Of a stretch of DNA of 64,000 bases, positions 37,739 to 47,317 are shown piece after piece. The translations under genes were made by a program, and so were the position numbers. Source of the DNA: Candidatus Bathyarchaeia archaeon (lineage in GTDB: Bacteria > Hydrogenedentota > Hydrogenedentia > Hydrogenedentales > SLHB01). Below the pieces are notes generated by a model. It saw nothing but the letters and a program-made list of their open reading frames with translations, did no database searches and was not told the origin of the DNA. The DNA lies in the NCBI GenBank assembly GCA_035530195.1, contig DATKVG010000160.1, positions 9,830 to 73,829 on the forward strand. Direction: 5' to 3'. How positions within the stretch are numbered: position 1 is the stretch's first letter; the number at the start of each line of letters is the position of its first letter.

Positions 37739-38136
37739 CCATGCGCTGGGCCAACGACCATATCGCGTTCGAGGTGGCTGATCTCGAGGCGGCCATCGAA
37801 TTTTACGCCGGTGTGTTCGGCATGGAATTGATGTTCAAAGAAGTCGACCGCGAGCACGGCGAGGCGTTTGCATTCTTCGCGCTCGACGGCGGCAACCTGG
37901 AACTGCTCGAGCGGCTCGACGGGGACGTTCCGGAACGGCAGGGGAGGGGCGAGCCGGGGCCGCCATGGTGCCCTCACCTCGCCCTAAGGACGGACGATCT
38001 GGACGAGGTGGCAGCAATGCTTCAACGGCACAACGTGCCGGTCGTTCACGGGCCGCTCGAGATCCCCGGCAAAGTCCGGTGGCTATACGCCGCCGATCCT
38101 GACGGCAACATTATCGAATTTGTGCAATGGACATAA
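37735..38136 (+). CDS. VOC/glyoxalase I family protein
   Basis: HIAFEVADLEAAIEFY..GMEL and HLALRTDDLD..DPDGNIIEF. It overlaps the pfkA stop. Confidence 0.7.
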   Translation: MTMRWANDHIAFEVADLEAAIEFYAGVFGMELMFKEVDREHGEAFAFFALDGGNLELLERLDGDVPERQGRGEPGPPWCPHLALRTDDLDEVAAMLQRHNVPVVHGPLEIPGKVRWLYAADPDGNIIEFVQWT

Positions 38137-38185
38137 CGTCTCAATGGGCTGGCCGGATATAGGGCGTCGAAAGGAGGGGTCGGAA

Positions 38186-39616
38186 ATGTCGAGAATTAAA
38201 TCTCACTGCGATCGTTGTGGCGGGTGTGGACCGGCCATGAACCGGCGTAATTTTCTTGCCGCAGCGAGTGGCGCGGCATTTGCGACGGGGCTGGCCCCAC
38301 TGGATTTCGCGTCGTCGCTGTTTGGGGCGACCGCCCCTGCGCCTGCCGGTAAAGCGGTTGTGCACGTGGTCTTCGTGAGACCGCTGAAGACGCCGGCGAT
38401 CAGTTGGCCGGGCGGCCAGACGGATGTAGCCGCAATGCAGGCGCTGTTCACGAAAACGATCACGGATGCCGCGGAAAAACTGGGGGTTCAGCTCGATGTG
38501 AAATCCGCACCCCTCGAAAATAAGGACGGGATCAACGCCTATCTCGAAGCCATTAAGGGGACTCCCCCGGACGGGTTGCTGGTGTGCGCGATGGAGTTGA
38601 CCCACTGGCCCGAAGTGCTCCACCTTGTGGAGAATCGCGGGCCGGTACCGACGGTTGTGTACAGTCATCTGACGGCATTTACGGGGAATATGCAGCCGAC
38701 CCGGCAAGTGCCGAACACGTTTGTCGGCGCGACGCCTGATGTGAATTGGCTCGAGTTCGCGCTCAGGATGCTGAACACCGTGTGGCGCATGAAGAACACA
38801 CGGCTGGCCGTTATAACGAAAGACGAGTCGAAGGATGTCGTGGCGGACGCGTTTGGGACGACGCTGCACATGATCCCGGCGGCCCGGTTTGACGAGGAAC
38901 TCGCCACGGTCGATGCCACCGACGAGGTGAAGGCGATGGCCGATCGCTATGCGGCCGAGGCACAAGAGATCGTTGAACCGACGAAAGCGGACATCATTGA
39001 CGCCGCAAGGAACTACATTGTGTGCCGGCGCATCCTCGAAGCCGAGAATTGCCAGGGACTCTCTTATGCCTGTCTTGGACGGCCCAACCCCGTGTGCATC
39101 GCATTTTCGCGGTTGCTCGATGAAGGCATCGTAGCGGGCTGCGAAGCGGATGTGGATGCGGCCTTGTCCATGCTATTGACGCAGTCGCTATTCGATCGAT
39201 CCGGGTTCATCCAGGATCCGTCGCCGAATACGGTGTCGAACACCCTGATCGGCGCCCATTGCACCAGCCCCACGAAACTTGAGGGGTTTGCCAGTTCCTA
39301 TCGGGCGCCATATAAGCTCCGCTCTTACCATACGCGGACCGGCGCCTGCATGGAAGTGCTGTGGCCGGTTGGCCGCGAGGTCACCGTAATGAAGTTCATC
39401 AAGCCGGACAAGATCGTGCTGGGTTCCGGCCGGGTGGTGTCGAACATTATGCAACCGCCCAGCGGTTGTTGCCGTACCGCCGTCGAGATCACGGTCGACG
39501 GTGTCGAGGATATGGATCTAGCCAAAGGTTTCCACCAGCTTTTTATTTTGGGCAATCTCGAGCGCGGCTTCCGGGCGTATTGCCAACTGGCCGGGATTAA
39601 GGCGGTGCACATTTGA
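38186..39616 (+). CDS. TAT-signal protein with an L-fucose/L-arabinose-isomerase-like core (uncertain)
   Basis: A perfect AAGGAGG SD lies 8 nt before ATG 38186. The N-terminus is MSRIKSHCDRCGGCGPAMNRRNFLAAASGAAFA. GIVAGCEADVDAALSMLL resembles the sugar-isomerase family. Confidence 0.35.
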   Translation: MSRIKSHCDRCGGCGPAMNRRNFLAAASGAAFATGLAPLDFASSLFGATAPAPAGKAVVHVVFVRPLKTPAISWPGGQTDVAAMQALFTKTITDAAEKLGVQLDVKSAPLENKDGINAYLEAIKGTPPDGLLVCAMELTHWPEVLHLVENRGPVPTVVYSHLTAFTGNMQPTRQVPNTFVGATPDVNWLEFALRMLNTVWRMKNTRLAVITKDESKDVVADAFGTTLHMIPAARFDEELATVDATDEVKAMADRYAAEAQEIVEPTKADIIDAARNYIVCRRILEAENCQGLSYACLGRPNPVCIAFSRLLDEGIVAGCEADVDAALSMLLTQSLFDRSGFIQDPSPNTVSNTLIGAHCTSPTKLEGFASSYRAPYKLRSYHTRTGACMEVLWPVGREVTVMKFIKPDKIVLGSGRVVSNIMQPPSGCCRTAVEITVDGVEDMDLAKGFHQLFILGNLERGFRAYCQLAGIKAVHI

Positions 39617-39673
39617 GCGGATGCAGCAAATGCGCCAAAACCATCGAAGAGGCCTTTTCCTAGAATCATGGAG

Positions 39674-39703
39674 TTAGACCTGGTGTTTGGGTGGATGTAT
39701 AAT
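39674..39703 (+). promoter_or_regulatory. Candidate sigma-70 promoter
   Basis: TTAGAC (39674-39679), an 18-nt spacer, then a perfect TATAAT (39698-39703) preceded by TG. It lies 34 nt upstream of ATG 39737. Confidence 0.45.
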
Positions 39704-39736
39704 CGCTGAAACGGCGGCATAGCGAGCGCGGCTGAT

Positions 39737-41992
39737 ATGGTATACGAATATTCGGGCTATCTGAAAACGGTTTTGGGCGCGCCGGACCCGGCGGAGTTCC
39801 AGGCGCTCGAATCGGTCGAGTTTACCGCCGACGACATCGCGCGGTGGGGGTTCCAGGATTTGCCGGGCGACCTCGAGTGGCAGCACATCCCCGTCAACGC
39901 GAAGAGCACCGAGCACGGCGTGCGGATCGAAGGCCGGTTCAACGACATCAGGCAGATCGACAACCTCGCCGCGGACGACCCCAGCTTTTGGGTGCCGCTG
40001 AGTTCGCTCAACACGCAGGACCCCCGGTTTCCCATCGACGCCACCCGGTACCCGATTGTGGAACTGACGTACCGGTGCGCCTCATCCAATGCGCGGCCCG
40101 CCTGGCTTTGGACGTACCCCGGCGGCCAATCGTTTGACGGGCTGGCGCCGGTGCAGGAGTGGCGCACGATCGCCCGGCTCGTCCAGTGCTATGGTTTTCC
40201 CGCGCAGATAAACGCAGTCATCCTGCGGCTCTACTCGATATCGCGGACGGTCGAGGCGTTCGAGGTCCAGTCGGTCCGGTTCCGCGCGATGAGCCCGGTG
40301 GAATCCCAGATGTGCGAGCGGCTCGAGGCGACACTGCGGGAGCAGGGCGAGCCGCGGAAATATAAAATCCTCGACGAATTCATGCCCGCCGGGACCTACA
40401 TGGACGCGGGGTCGTCCAAACGCCTCGCCGCGATGCTCGGCATCAGCCTGAACGAATATTGGGAGCTCGTGTTCGAAGATATCGTCCGGCACAACCACAA
40501 CACTGTCGCCCTCGAACGAATTGACCGGCTTACGTCGGACGAGTGGAACAACCTCCTCAAGCTGGCCGAAAAATTCCAAATCAAGCTCTTCGCCATCTAC
40601 AACCTGCCGCTGGGCACGCCACAGGCCTATTTCCAAGAGTTTGTCGACACCCACATCAAACCCTACGCCGACTCCCCCTCGATCCTCGCCTGGAGCCTGC
40701 ACGACGAGCCGCCCGAGCACGGGTTTCAAAACCTGTTGCAGGCCCGGCCCTACATGGAACAGGCCGATCCCAACCACCCGCTCGCCGTCATCCTGCGCGA
40801 GCCGAACGCCTTTCCCCTGTTTGCCCGGTTTTTTCCCGCCTCGGGGATCGCCCAGTACCGGTCGCACGCGCCGTGGCAGGTGGCCGAGATGGTGCGCACA
40901 CACCGGCCGCTGAGCGCCGGCCAGCAGTTCTGGTTCGTCGCGCCGGGTTTCATCTACGCCACCGACACGCCCGAATGGCACTCCTGCCCCGAAATGCGGC
41001 TGATGCTGAACCTCGCTTGCGCCAATGGCGCGCGCGGATGGTTCACGTTCGCCTACCACAACGACCCCATCTGGATCCGCGGAAGTTGCCAGCGGTCGCT
41101 GACCGGCCCGTTCCTCACGTTCAGCGACCTGTGGGCCGAACTCAGCCAGCGGCTCGAACAGTACAACGCGCTCGCCCCGCTGTTCCTCGAGGCGGCGTCG
41201 GAGCCCGCGCCCGAGTCGTGGTTCGCCTCGAAAAGCACCGCACACGTAAACGCCCAGTTGCCCGGGGGCATCCCGCCGTCGAGCGTGTACAGGCTGCGCG
41301 GGCCCGATTTCCAGTTGCACTGCATCGTGAGCAACGACATCCGCGAGATGACCACGGTCCACCTCGACATTTCGGCCCCCGCCGTCGACGGGATGGCGCT
41401 GTTCGATCTGTCGGATTTCGTCCACACGCGCCGTTGGGCGCCCATGCCGCCGCGCAGGCACATGGAAATGTTCCCTGGCCAGCTTCACATCATCCTGTCC
41501 GCGCCGCCCCATGTGTGCGAGCGCTGGCGCGACGTGGTCAGCGAGCGGATCATGCAGAACGACCAGCGCCAACTGTCGTTCGACCTGCCGCTGGCGAGCG
41601 CCTACGGGCTCAACGTCGACGCCGTCGAGACCATGATTGAAAGCGCCGCCGGCTCCCCCGATATGGACGCCCTGCACATCATGAGGCAGGCGCGCGAGTC
41701 GGTGCTCAACGTGCTGTATCAAACCTCGGAGCCGTCCATGAGCCGCAGCAAGCTTATCGAGGTCAGCGCGGCCATCTGCGCCTGCGACGGCACCCTCTGC
41801 AGGCTGCTCGGCCAGGGCAAATCCGACCAGGCGCGGCAGCTCGGGTTCAAGGTCATCCCGCTCGCGCGCGAACTCACCCACCTGCGGCTGGAACTGCGCA
41901 GGGGCCGCGGCGCCGCCATCCTCGAACACTGCCAGGGCCTCGCGCGAAGAACGGCCGAAGTGCTCGCGGAAATCCGCGCCGTCCCTTTATAG
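39737..41992 (+). CDS. Hypothetical cytoplasmic protein with a glycoside-hydrolase-like (TIM barrel, 'WSLHDEP') signature
   Basis: No signal peptide. SILAWSLHDEPPEHG resembles the NEP acid/base strand of clan GH-A. The C-terminus is helical. Confidence 0.35.
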   Translation: MVYEYSGYLKTVLGAPDPAEFQALESVEFTADDIARWGFQDLPGDLEWQHIPVNAKSTEHGVRIEGRFNDIRQIDNLAADDPSFWVPLSSLNTQDPRFPIDATRYPIVELTYRCASSNARPAWLWTYPGGQSFDGLAPVQEWRTIARLVQCYGFPAQINAVILRLYSISRTVEAFEVQSVRFRAMSPVESQMCERLEATLREQGEPRKYKILDEFMPAGTYMDAGSSKRLAAMLGISLNEYWELVFEDIVRHNHNTVALERIDRLTSDEWNNLLKLAEKFQIKLFAIYNLPLGTPQAYFQEFVDTHIKPYADSPSILAWSLHDEPPEHGFQNLLQARPYMEQADPNHPLAVILREPNAFPLFARFFPASGIAQYRSHAPWQVAEMVRTHRPLSAGQQFWFVAPGFIYATDTPEWHSCPEMRLMLNLACANGARGWFTFAYHNDPIWIRGSCQRSLTGPFLTFSDLWAELSQRLEQYNALAPLFLEAASEPAPESWFASKSTAHVNAQLPGGIPPSSVYRLRGPDFQLHCIVSNDIREMTTVHLDISAPAVDGMALFDLSDFVHTRRWAPMPPRRHMEMFPGQLHIILSAPPHVCERWRDVVSERIMQNDQRQLSFDLPLASAYGLNVDAVETMIESAAGSPDMDALHIMRQARESVLNVLYQTSEPSMSRSKLIEVSAAICACDGTLCRLLGQGKSDQARQLGFKVIPLARELTHLRLELRRGRGAAILEHCQGLARRTAEVLAEIRAVPL

Positions 41993-42018
41993 GTCCTATT
42001 CGAAAGAAAGGGCTTGCC

Positions 42019-43386
42019 ATGGAACCGCTGAGGCGTTATTTCGGAATCGGCGAGAACGGCGTCACGTTCCGCCGCGAGATTGTCGGCGGCATCACCACGT
42101 TTGCCACGATGAGCTACATCGTGTTCGTCCAGCCAACCGTGCTGGCAACCACCGGCATGAGTTTCGGTTCGGTGCTGCTGGCCACGTGCATCTCGTCTGC
42201 GCTGGCGTGTTTCCTGATGGGCATGCTGGCGCGATACCCGATCGCGCTCGCGCCCGGAATGGGGGAGAACTTCCTGTTTGCGTTCGCGATCGTTGCGGCC
42301 CCGCCGCTCGGCATGGCATTCTCTTGGCAGGCGGCCCTGGCTATTGTGCTGATCTCGGGGCTTATCTTCGTGGCCTTGTCGGTGTTCCGCACACGGGAAA
42401 AAATCATTACCATCCTCCCGCCATGCCTGATCAACAGCATTGGCCCGGCGATCGGGCTGTTTATCGGGCTGGTCGGCCTGCAATGGGGCGGCGTCGTCGT
42501 GTCGTACGCACCCACCATGCTGCGGATCGGCAGTCTTCATTCGGGTGTCGCGCTGCTCACGGTTCTCGGCCTCTTCCTGATCGCAGCGCTCCACGTCTGG
42601 CGTGTCCCCGGCGGCATCCTCATCGGCATTCTCGCCACGGCTGGCGCCGGAATTCTCACGGGCATCATTCCAACCAGCACCGAATCACCCCACTTGAACT
42701 TCAGCACCTTTTTTCAACTCAATTTCATTGAACTGATCAACCGTTGGCCCGACGCGCTCGTCGCTATCATGCTCTTCCTGTTCCTCGACATGTTCGACAC
42801 CGTCGGCACGCTCGTCGGCGTCTCCAACCAGGCCGGGTTCCTCAAACCCGACGGCACACTGCCACGGGCCGGCCACGCCTTCTTCGCCGATGCCGTCGGC
42901 ACGTGCATCGGCGCCTTATGCGGCACGTCCACCGTCACCAGCTACATCGAAAGCGCCACCGGCGTCGCCGCCGGCGCACGCACCGGCCTTGCCGCTATCG
43001 TCACCGGCGTCTGCTTCCTCGGCGCCATTTTCCTCGCACCCGTCATCCACATCGCCGGCCAGGATGTCGGCCTGGCGTTTTACAATCTGCCGCCCGACGC
43101 GCTGCACGTGGCCATGTACCCCGTCGTCGCCCCCGCGCTCATTTTCGTCGGATTCCTCATGATGGCCCCCCTCCGCAAGATCAACTGGGAAGACATCACC
43201 GAAAGCCTACCCGCGTTTTTCACCATCGCCATGATGGTATTCGGCTACGGAATCACTGAAGGCATCAGCGCCGGAATCATCTCGTACGCCGCCATAAAAC
43301 CCATCGCCGGCAAAGGACGCGAGGTACACCCGGTTCTCTACGTGATCGCTCTGGCGTTCCTCGCCCGCTACGCGTTTCTCGTCTGA
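42019..43386 (+). CDS. NCS2/AzgA-family purine (adenine/guanine/hypoxanthine) permease
   Basis: The N-terminus FGIGENGVTFRREIVGGITTFATMSYIVFVQP is typical of the family. It has about 12 TM segments. Confidence 0.85.
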   Translation: MEPLRRYFGIGENGVTFRREIVGGITTFATMSYIVFVQPTVLATTGMSFGSVLLATCISSALACFLMGMLARYPIALAPGMGENFLFAFAIVAAPPLGMAFSWQAALAIVLISGLIFVALSVFRTREKIITILPPCLINSIGPAIGLFIGLVGLQWGGVVVSYAPTMLRIGSLHSGVALLTVLGLFLIAALHVWRVPGGILIGILATAGAGILTGIIPTSTESPHLNFSTFFQLNFIELINRWPDALVAIMLFLFLDMFDTVGTLVGVSNQAGFLKPDGTLPRAGHAFFADAVGTCIGALCGTSTVTSYIESATGVAAGARTGLAAIVTGVCFLGAIFLAPVIHIAGQDVGLAFYNLPPDALHVAMYPVVAPALIFVGFLMMAPLRKINWEDITESLPAFFTIAMMVFGYGITEGISAGIISYAAIKPIAGKGREVHPVLYVIALAFLARYAFLV

Positions 43387-43393
43387 GTCACGC

Positions 43394-45676
43394 CTACGAG
43401 ACCACAGTAGGCCGACTTCGCCGAAGTCGCGCCTTCTGCTGAAGTCGGCCAACTGATGCCACAGTCACTCCGGCGAACAATGCGACGCTTACCAAAGACA
43501 CCCAGCGGCCAATCAGGTAAGACCTCGGCACATATTCGAGCAGGATCGTGTGTTTGCCGGCGGCGAGCGGCACGGCGCGGATGACGCCGTTCGCCCGCAG
43601 GACGTTATACGCGGGTTGCGGCCCCGGCCTCAGCGGCCGCGCCCGCCATCCCGGCGCGTACGAGTCCGTGTTGATCAGGATCGCCGGTGTTGGCGTGTCA
43701 ACCTCGAGTACGGCGCTGTCCGTCGAGGTGGATAGCACATTCATGCTGCCGCTCTCTCCCGGCGACGGGGCCGGATCCGGCTCAGATTCGAGAATGACTT
43801 CGCGCGACGGATCGAACCCGCCCGCTTCCATGGCGTCGAACGTCTCCGAAAGCCCTTCAATCACGCGATACTCGTGAACCAGCAGAAACCGCGGCAGCGG
43901 CGCGGGCACGCCGGGCGCGTCCTGCAACGTCCCATCACTCAACATCACGTATTTCAGCCGCAGCATCGACAATAGCGGGCTCAGTTCCGCGTCCGCCACG
44001 GGGTCCGGGCCTAACGCCGAGATCTGGCGCTTGAACTGGATCGTCCTCATGAGAAATTGGACGTATTGCGAGGGCATCACGGCCTCATTTCCCCAGATTT
44101 CGTAACCACCCGCGCAATGAACCCGGTTGAACACAGCGGGGTTATCCAGCACGCGCACCTCTTCCACCAGCTTGGCGATTGATGATGGCGGCAGAGCGTT
44201 GTGCCTTGTTGCCAGGTCAACAGCGTCCCTGTGTGTCCACGCAAACGCGGTCATTTCCACCACGCCCAGTGCCACGATCCCGTATGCGGCCTTCGGCCAG
44301 CGTTCCGCCGCAAGCAGCATCGCACCCACGAGACTGCACAGGGCACCCGCGCGCGCCAGTTCGCCCAGCGGGATTTCAGCGTCGGCAGCAGAACCGTTGC
44401 CCCGCGGGGTCTGGTGGACCCATGCCGCGCCGCCCAGCAGCATCAGGCCAAGCGCGAGCACAAACACGGCCGCGATTCGGCCGATGCCCCGTGCGCGAGC
44501 ACCGCCGCGTTGCTTCACGACCGCGTCGAGCCCCTGCCCCGCCAGCATCGCCAGCAGCAGCGACGCGACCACTAAAAAGCGCGCGGGCGCGCGGAAGCTG
44601 CCAAACCCGGGCAGCGTCTTATGGAGCAGCCCGAAAAACGGCGTGTACCGGCCGAGCGCAACCAGTGTCAGAAACAAAACGATGATCAGAAATCGCCACC
44701 AGGCGCGCCGGTCACCTCTCAACAGGGCGAGCACCACCAGGACCAGGCCCCCCACGCCAACGTAAAAACCGGTCTCCCAGATGGTCCAGCGGCCCCAATA
44801 AGGGCGGGTGATATCGTCCCCGAAGAATCCCGGCATGATCAGCAACAGGAAGTTCTCTGGCGGGAACGATCTCGTGGTCGTGAAATCGTAGGAAGCGCCG
44901 GCGCCCCGCATGGACGCGCCAGCCACCTCGAGCGACGGCCAGAGTTGGATCGCGGTCAACAGCAGCGGCGCCGCCGCCATCACCGCCAACGCCGCCAGCC
45001 GCTTCGGGCTCATGGCGACGCGCCGGAGGTGGAGCAGCACGTACAAGCCCACGCCGACGCCCACGATGAACACCGGGTGCGGCGAGCCCGCCAGCAGCAT
45101 CATCGTAACCGCGAACGCGCCGCCCAGCACCCACGATACCCGCGGCTGCTCGATCGTCTTGTCGACGGCGAGAAACAGCAGCGGCGACCACGCAAACACG
45201 GCTATCATCGTAAGGTGGCCGCCGAACACGTGCATGAAAAACGCGCCCGAGAACATCGCCGTCACGCCGGCGAAAAAAGACGCGAGCCGCGTCAGTCCGC
45301 GCCCGCGCGCCCAGGCGAATGTCAGCGCGCCCATCAAGAACACGTGGAATGCCAGGTCCAGGTTCAGCGCCTTCGCAAGCGGGAGAAACAGATAGATCAA
45401 GTTCGGCGGGTAAAACAGCGCCGACTGAAAATTGCCGATAAACGACACGCCCGAAAACACGTGCGGGTTCCAAAGCGGCACGTTGCCGTGCCGTATCTCG
45501 CCAAACCCGTACATCCGGCACGAATTGTAAAAGTTCAGCACGTCCCCGTTCGGGCCCGAAGCCGCCCACTCGCCCCGCGCGAACAGCACGTCCGAAAACA
45601 CCGCCAGCACAAGCCCCGCCAGCACAACCACCGCCACTGCACAATGCGTCGACTTCGGCCTACGTATACTTTTCAT
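43394..45676 (-). CDS. YfhO-family polytopic membrane protein (putative glycosyl transfer/lipid-linked glycan function)
   Basis: I prefer ATG 45676 (MKSIRRPKSTHCAVAVVVLAGL). The motif is GNVPLWNPHVFSGVSFIGNFQSALFYPPNLIYLFLP. The Arg/Ser-rich 114-codon extension in the ORF track is rejected. Confidence 0.7.
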   Translation of the reverse strand: MKSIRRPKSTHCAVAVVVLAGLVLAVFSDVLFARGEWAASGPNGDVLNFYNSCRMYGFGEIRHGNVPLWNPHVFSGVSFIGNFQSALFYPPNLIYLFLPLAKALNLDLAFHVFLMGALTFAWARGRGLTRLASFFAGVTAMFSGAFFMHVFGGHLTMIAVFAWSPLLFLAVDKTIEQPRVSWVLGGAFAVTMMLLAGSPHPVFIVGVGVGLYVLLHLRRVAMSPKRLAALAVMAAAPLLLTAIQLWPSLEVAGASMRGAGASYDFTTTRSFPPENFLLLIMPGFFGDDITRPYWGRWTIWETGFYVGVGGLVLVVLALLRGDRRAWWRFLIIVLFLTLVALGRYTPFFGLLHKTLPGFGSFRAPARFLVVASLLLAMLAGQGLDAVVKQRGGARARGIGRIAAVFVLALGLMLLGGAAWVHQTPRGNGSAADAEIPLGELARAGALCSLVGAMLLAAERWPKAAYGIVALGVVEMTAFAWTHRDAVDLATRHNALPPSSIAKLVEEVRVLDNPAVFNRVHCAGGYEIWGNEAVMPSQYVQFLMRTIQFKRQISALGPDPVADAELSPLLSMLRLKYVMLSDGTLQDAPGVPAPLPRFLLVHEYRVIEGLSETFDAMEAGGFDPSREVILESEPDPAPSPGESGSMNVLSTSTDSAVLEVDTPTPAILINTDSYAPGWRARPLRPGPQPAYNVLRANGVIRAVPLAAGKHTILLEYVPRSYLIGRWVSLVSVALFAGVTVASVGRLQQKARLRRSRPTVVS

Positions 45677-46209
45677 ACAGGCTCCGCACGACCTCGATAG
45701 TGTCGCCGGCGGGAGTGGGGGGGAGGCCGGTGCTGTGCGTCCACTCGTCTTCCCATGCGCGGATTTCCTGCTCGAACGCCGCCGCGTCGAGCGTCGCTCC
45801 CCAGTTCTCGCCCAGGCGCGCGAAAAACTTCTCCCATCGCGGCACGTAAAACGTCGAGATGAGCCCCGCCCAGTTTTTCCGCGCGCCGCACCGTCGAAAA
45901 ATCCGGCAGCGGATTTGGCAAGTCGAGTTGATCCCCCAGCCACGATACGTGCGCGTTGCACCCGTACTTCAAATACCAGTTCAGGCCCGACGCCATCGCC
46001 ACGCCCGTCGAACCGCACACCGTCGCCGCGCCGTCTTTCACCTCGACCTCGAACACATCAAGGCCGTTCTCCGCGGGAATCGACACAAAGTTGAACTCGG
46101 CCGCGCGATCTCCCAGCACACGCCGCGCCAAATCGCCCGCCGCCTGCTCCGGCGTCGCCGCAAACGAAGACAAACTGGCCGCAACTAACAATGCAGAAAT
46201 GAAACGCAT
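45660..46209 (-). pseudogene. GH89 alpha-N-acetylglucosaminidase (NAGLU) remnant with a large internal deletion
   Basis: The N-terminal ~105 codons are NAGLU-N-like (signal peptide, GSTGVAMASGLNWYLKYGCNAHVSWLGDQLDLPNPLP). The frame is then lost near 45870-45895. A different frame encodes the NAGLU C-terminal end (WAGLISTFYVPRWEKFFARL...SLYEKYT*). Confidence 0.7.
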
Positions 46210-46290
46210 GGCGAATCCTCCAATTCAAGGATTTAAACCGCAAAGAACGCAAAGATTACAAGAACTTTGAAAGATCCGTATCCAAGGTTC

Positions 46291-47124
46291 TTACTCTTGC
46301 CCGCGGTTGAGTTTACTCGGCAGGTTCTTGCCGCGCGTCGCGAGGCGCAACACGATCCGCATCAGCCACGAGAGGTGCCGCGACATCCACACCATTACCT
46401 TGCCGTGCCCCGTGATGACGGCCTCGAACTTGCGCCGGTAAATGTACCGCACGATGCCGCGCGCCGCCTTGTCCGTCCGAACAACCAGCCACTCCGGCAC
46501 GGGATCTTTCGCCTTCTTATGCAACACGCCGCGGTTGTCTATACGCCGGATGTCACTGTCCACAAACCCCGGCTGAATGCACGTCACCGACACCCCGCGG
46601 TCCGCCAACTCGTAATAGATCGACTCCGCCAGGCCCGTCACCGCGAACTTGCTGGCCACATAAGCCGACGTGCCCGGCGTGCCGGCCCGGCCCGATACGC
46701 TCGACACCAGCCCCAGCCGGCCGCGCCGCTCCACCAAGTACGGCAGCACCGCGTACACCGTATCGAGCAGGCCGAAGAAATTCGTGTCAAACTGCCGGCG
46801 GTACCAGCTTGTGTCGAGGTCTTCCATTACGCCCGACACGCCATACCCCGCGTTGGCCACCGCCACATCGATCCCGCCGAACTCTTTTGTGGCGCGCGCC
46901 GCAGCTTCGACCAGCGTCTCGGGTTTCGTCACGTCGCACACGACCGCGATCGCCCGCTGGCCCATGGCCTCGATTTTCAGCCGCACCTCCTCGAGCAAGT
47001 CCGCCCGCCGCGCCGCCAGCGTGACGTGCGCACCCTGCCGCGCGAACTCGAGCGCCATCGCCGCGCCTATCCCCGACGACGCCCCCGTAATAAAAACGCT
47101 CTGACCTTCAAATCGCCTGCGCAT
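46291..47124 (-). CDS. SDR family oxidoreductase
   Basis: The motif is VFITGASSGIGAAMALEF. The catalytic motif is YVASK (YxxxK), with NAG upstream. Confidence 0.85.
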   Translation of the reverse strand: MRRRFEGQSVFITGASSGIGAAMALEFARQGAHVTLAARRADLLEEVRLKIEAMGQRAIAVVCDVTKPETLVEAAARATKEFGGIDVAVANAGYGVSGVMEDLDTSWYRRQFDTNFFGLLDTVYAVLPYLVERRGRLGLVSSVSGRAGTPGTSAYVASKFAVTGLAESIYYELADRGVSVTCIQPGFVDSDIRRIDNRGVLHKKAKDPVPEWLVVRTDKAARGIVRYIYRRKFEAVITGHGKVMVWMSRHLSWLMRIVLRLATRGKNLPSKLNRGQE

Positions 47125-47317
47125 GGTTCAGCCTCTCCCTGAAAGGTTCAAAGGCCATTTTACAGGAATACTAAGCGCGCTGCTAAAAAATGAGGCCGCC
47201 GCTCTTTGAAGTGCGCCCGCGATCGCGGGAGCTTGCTACCGCTTCCTTCAGGGGGGAGTGACAACGAGGACCTGCCAAACGTATACTTGGCACATCCGGG
47301 CAATAAGGAGAGTCGCG

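Noticed and set aside
47288-47302. Sigma-54-like TGGCAC-N5-GGCA upstream of the FAD oxidoreductase gene
   Set aside because: The GG-to-GC spacing is one nucleotide short of the strict -24/-12 geometry, and the -12 element lacks TTGC. A transcript starting ~12 nt downstream would exclude the AAGGAG SD at 47305-47310.
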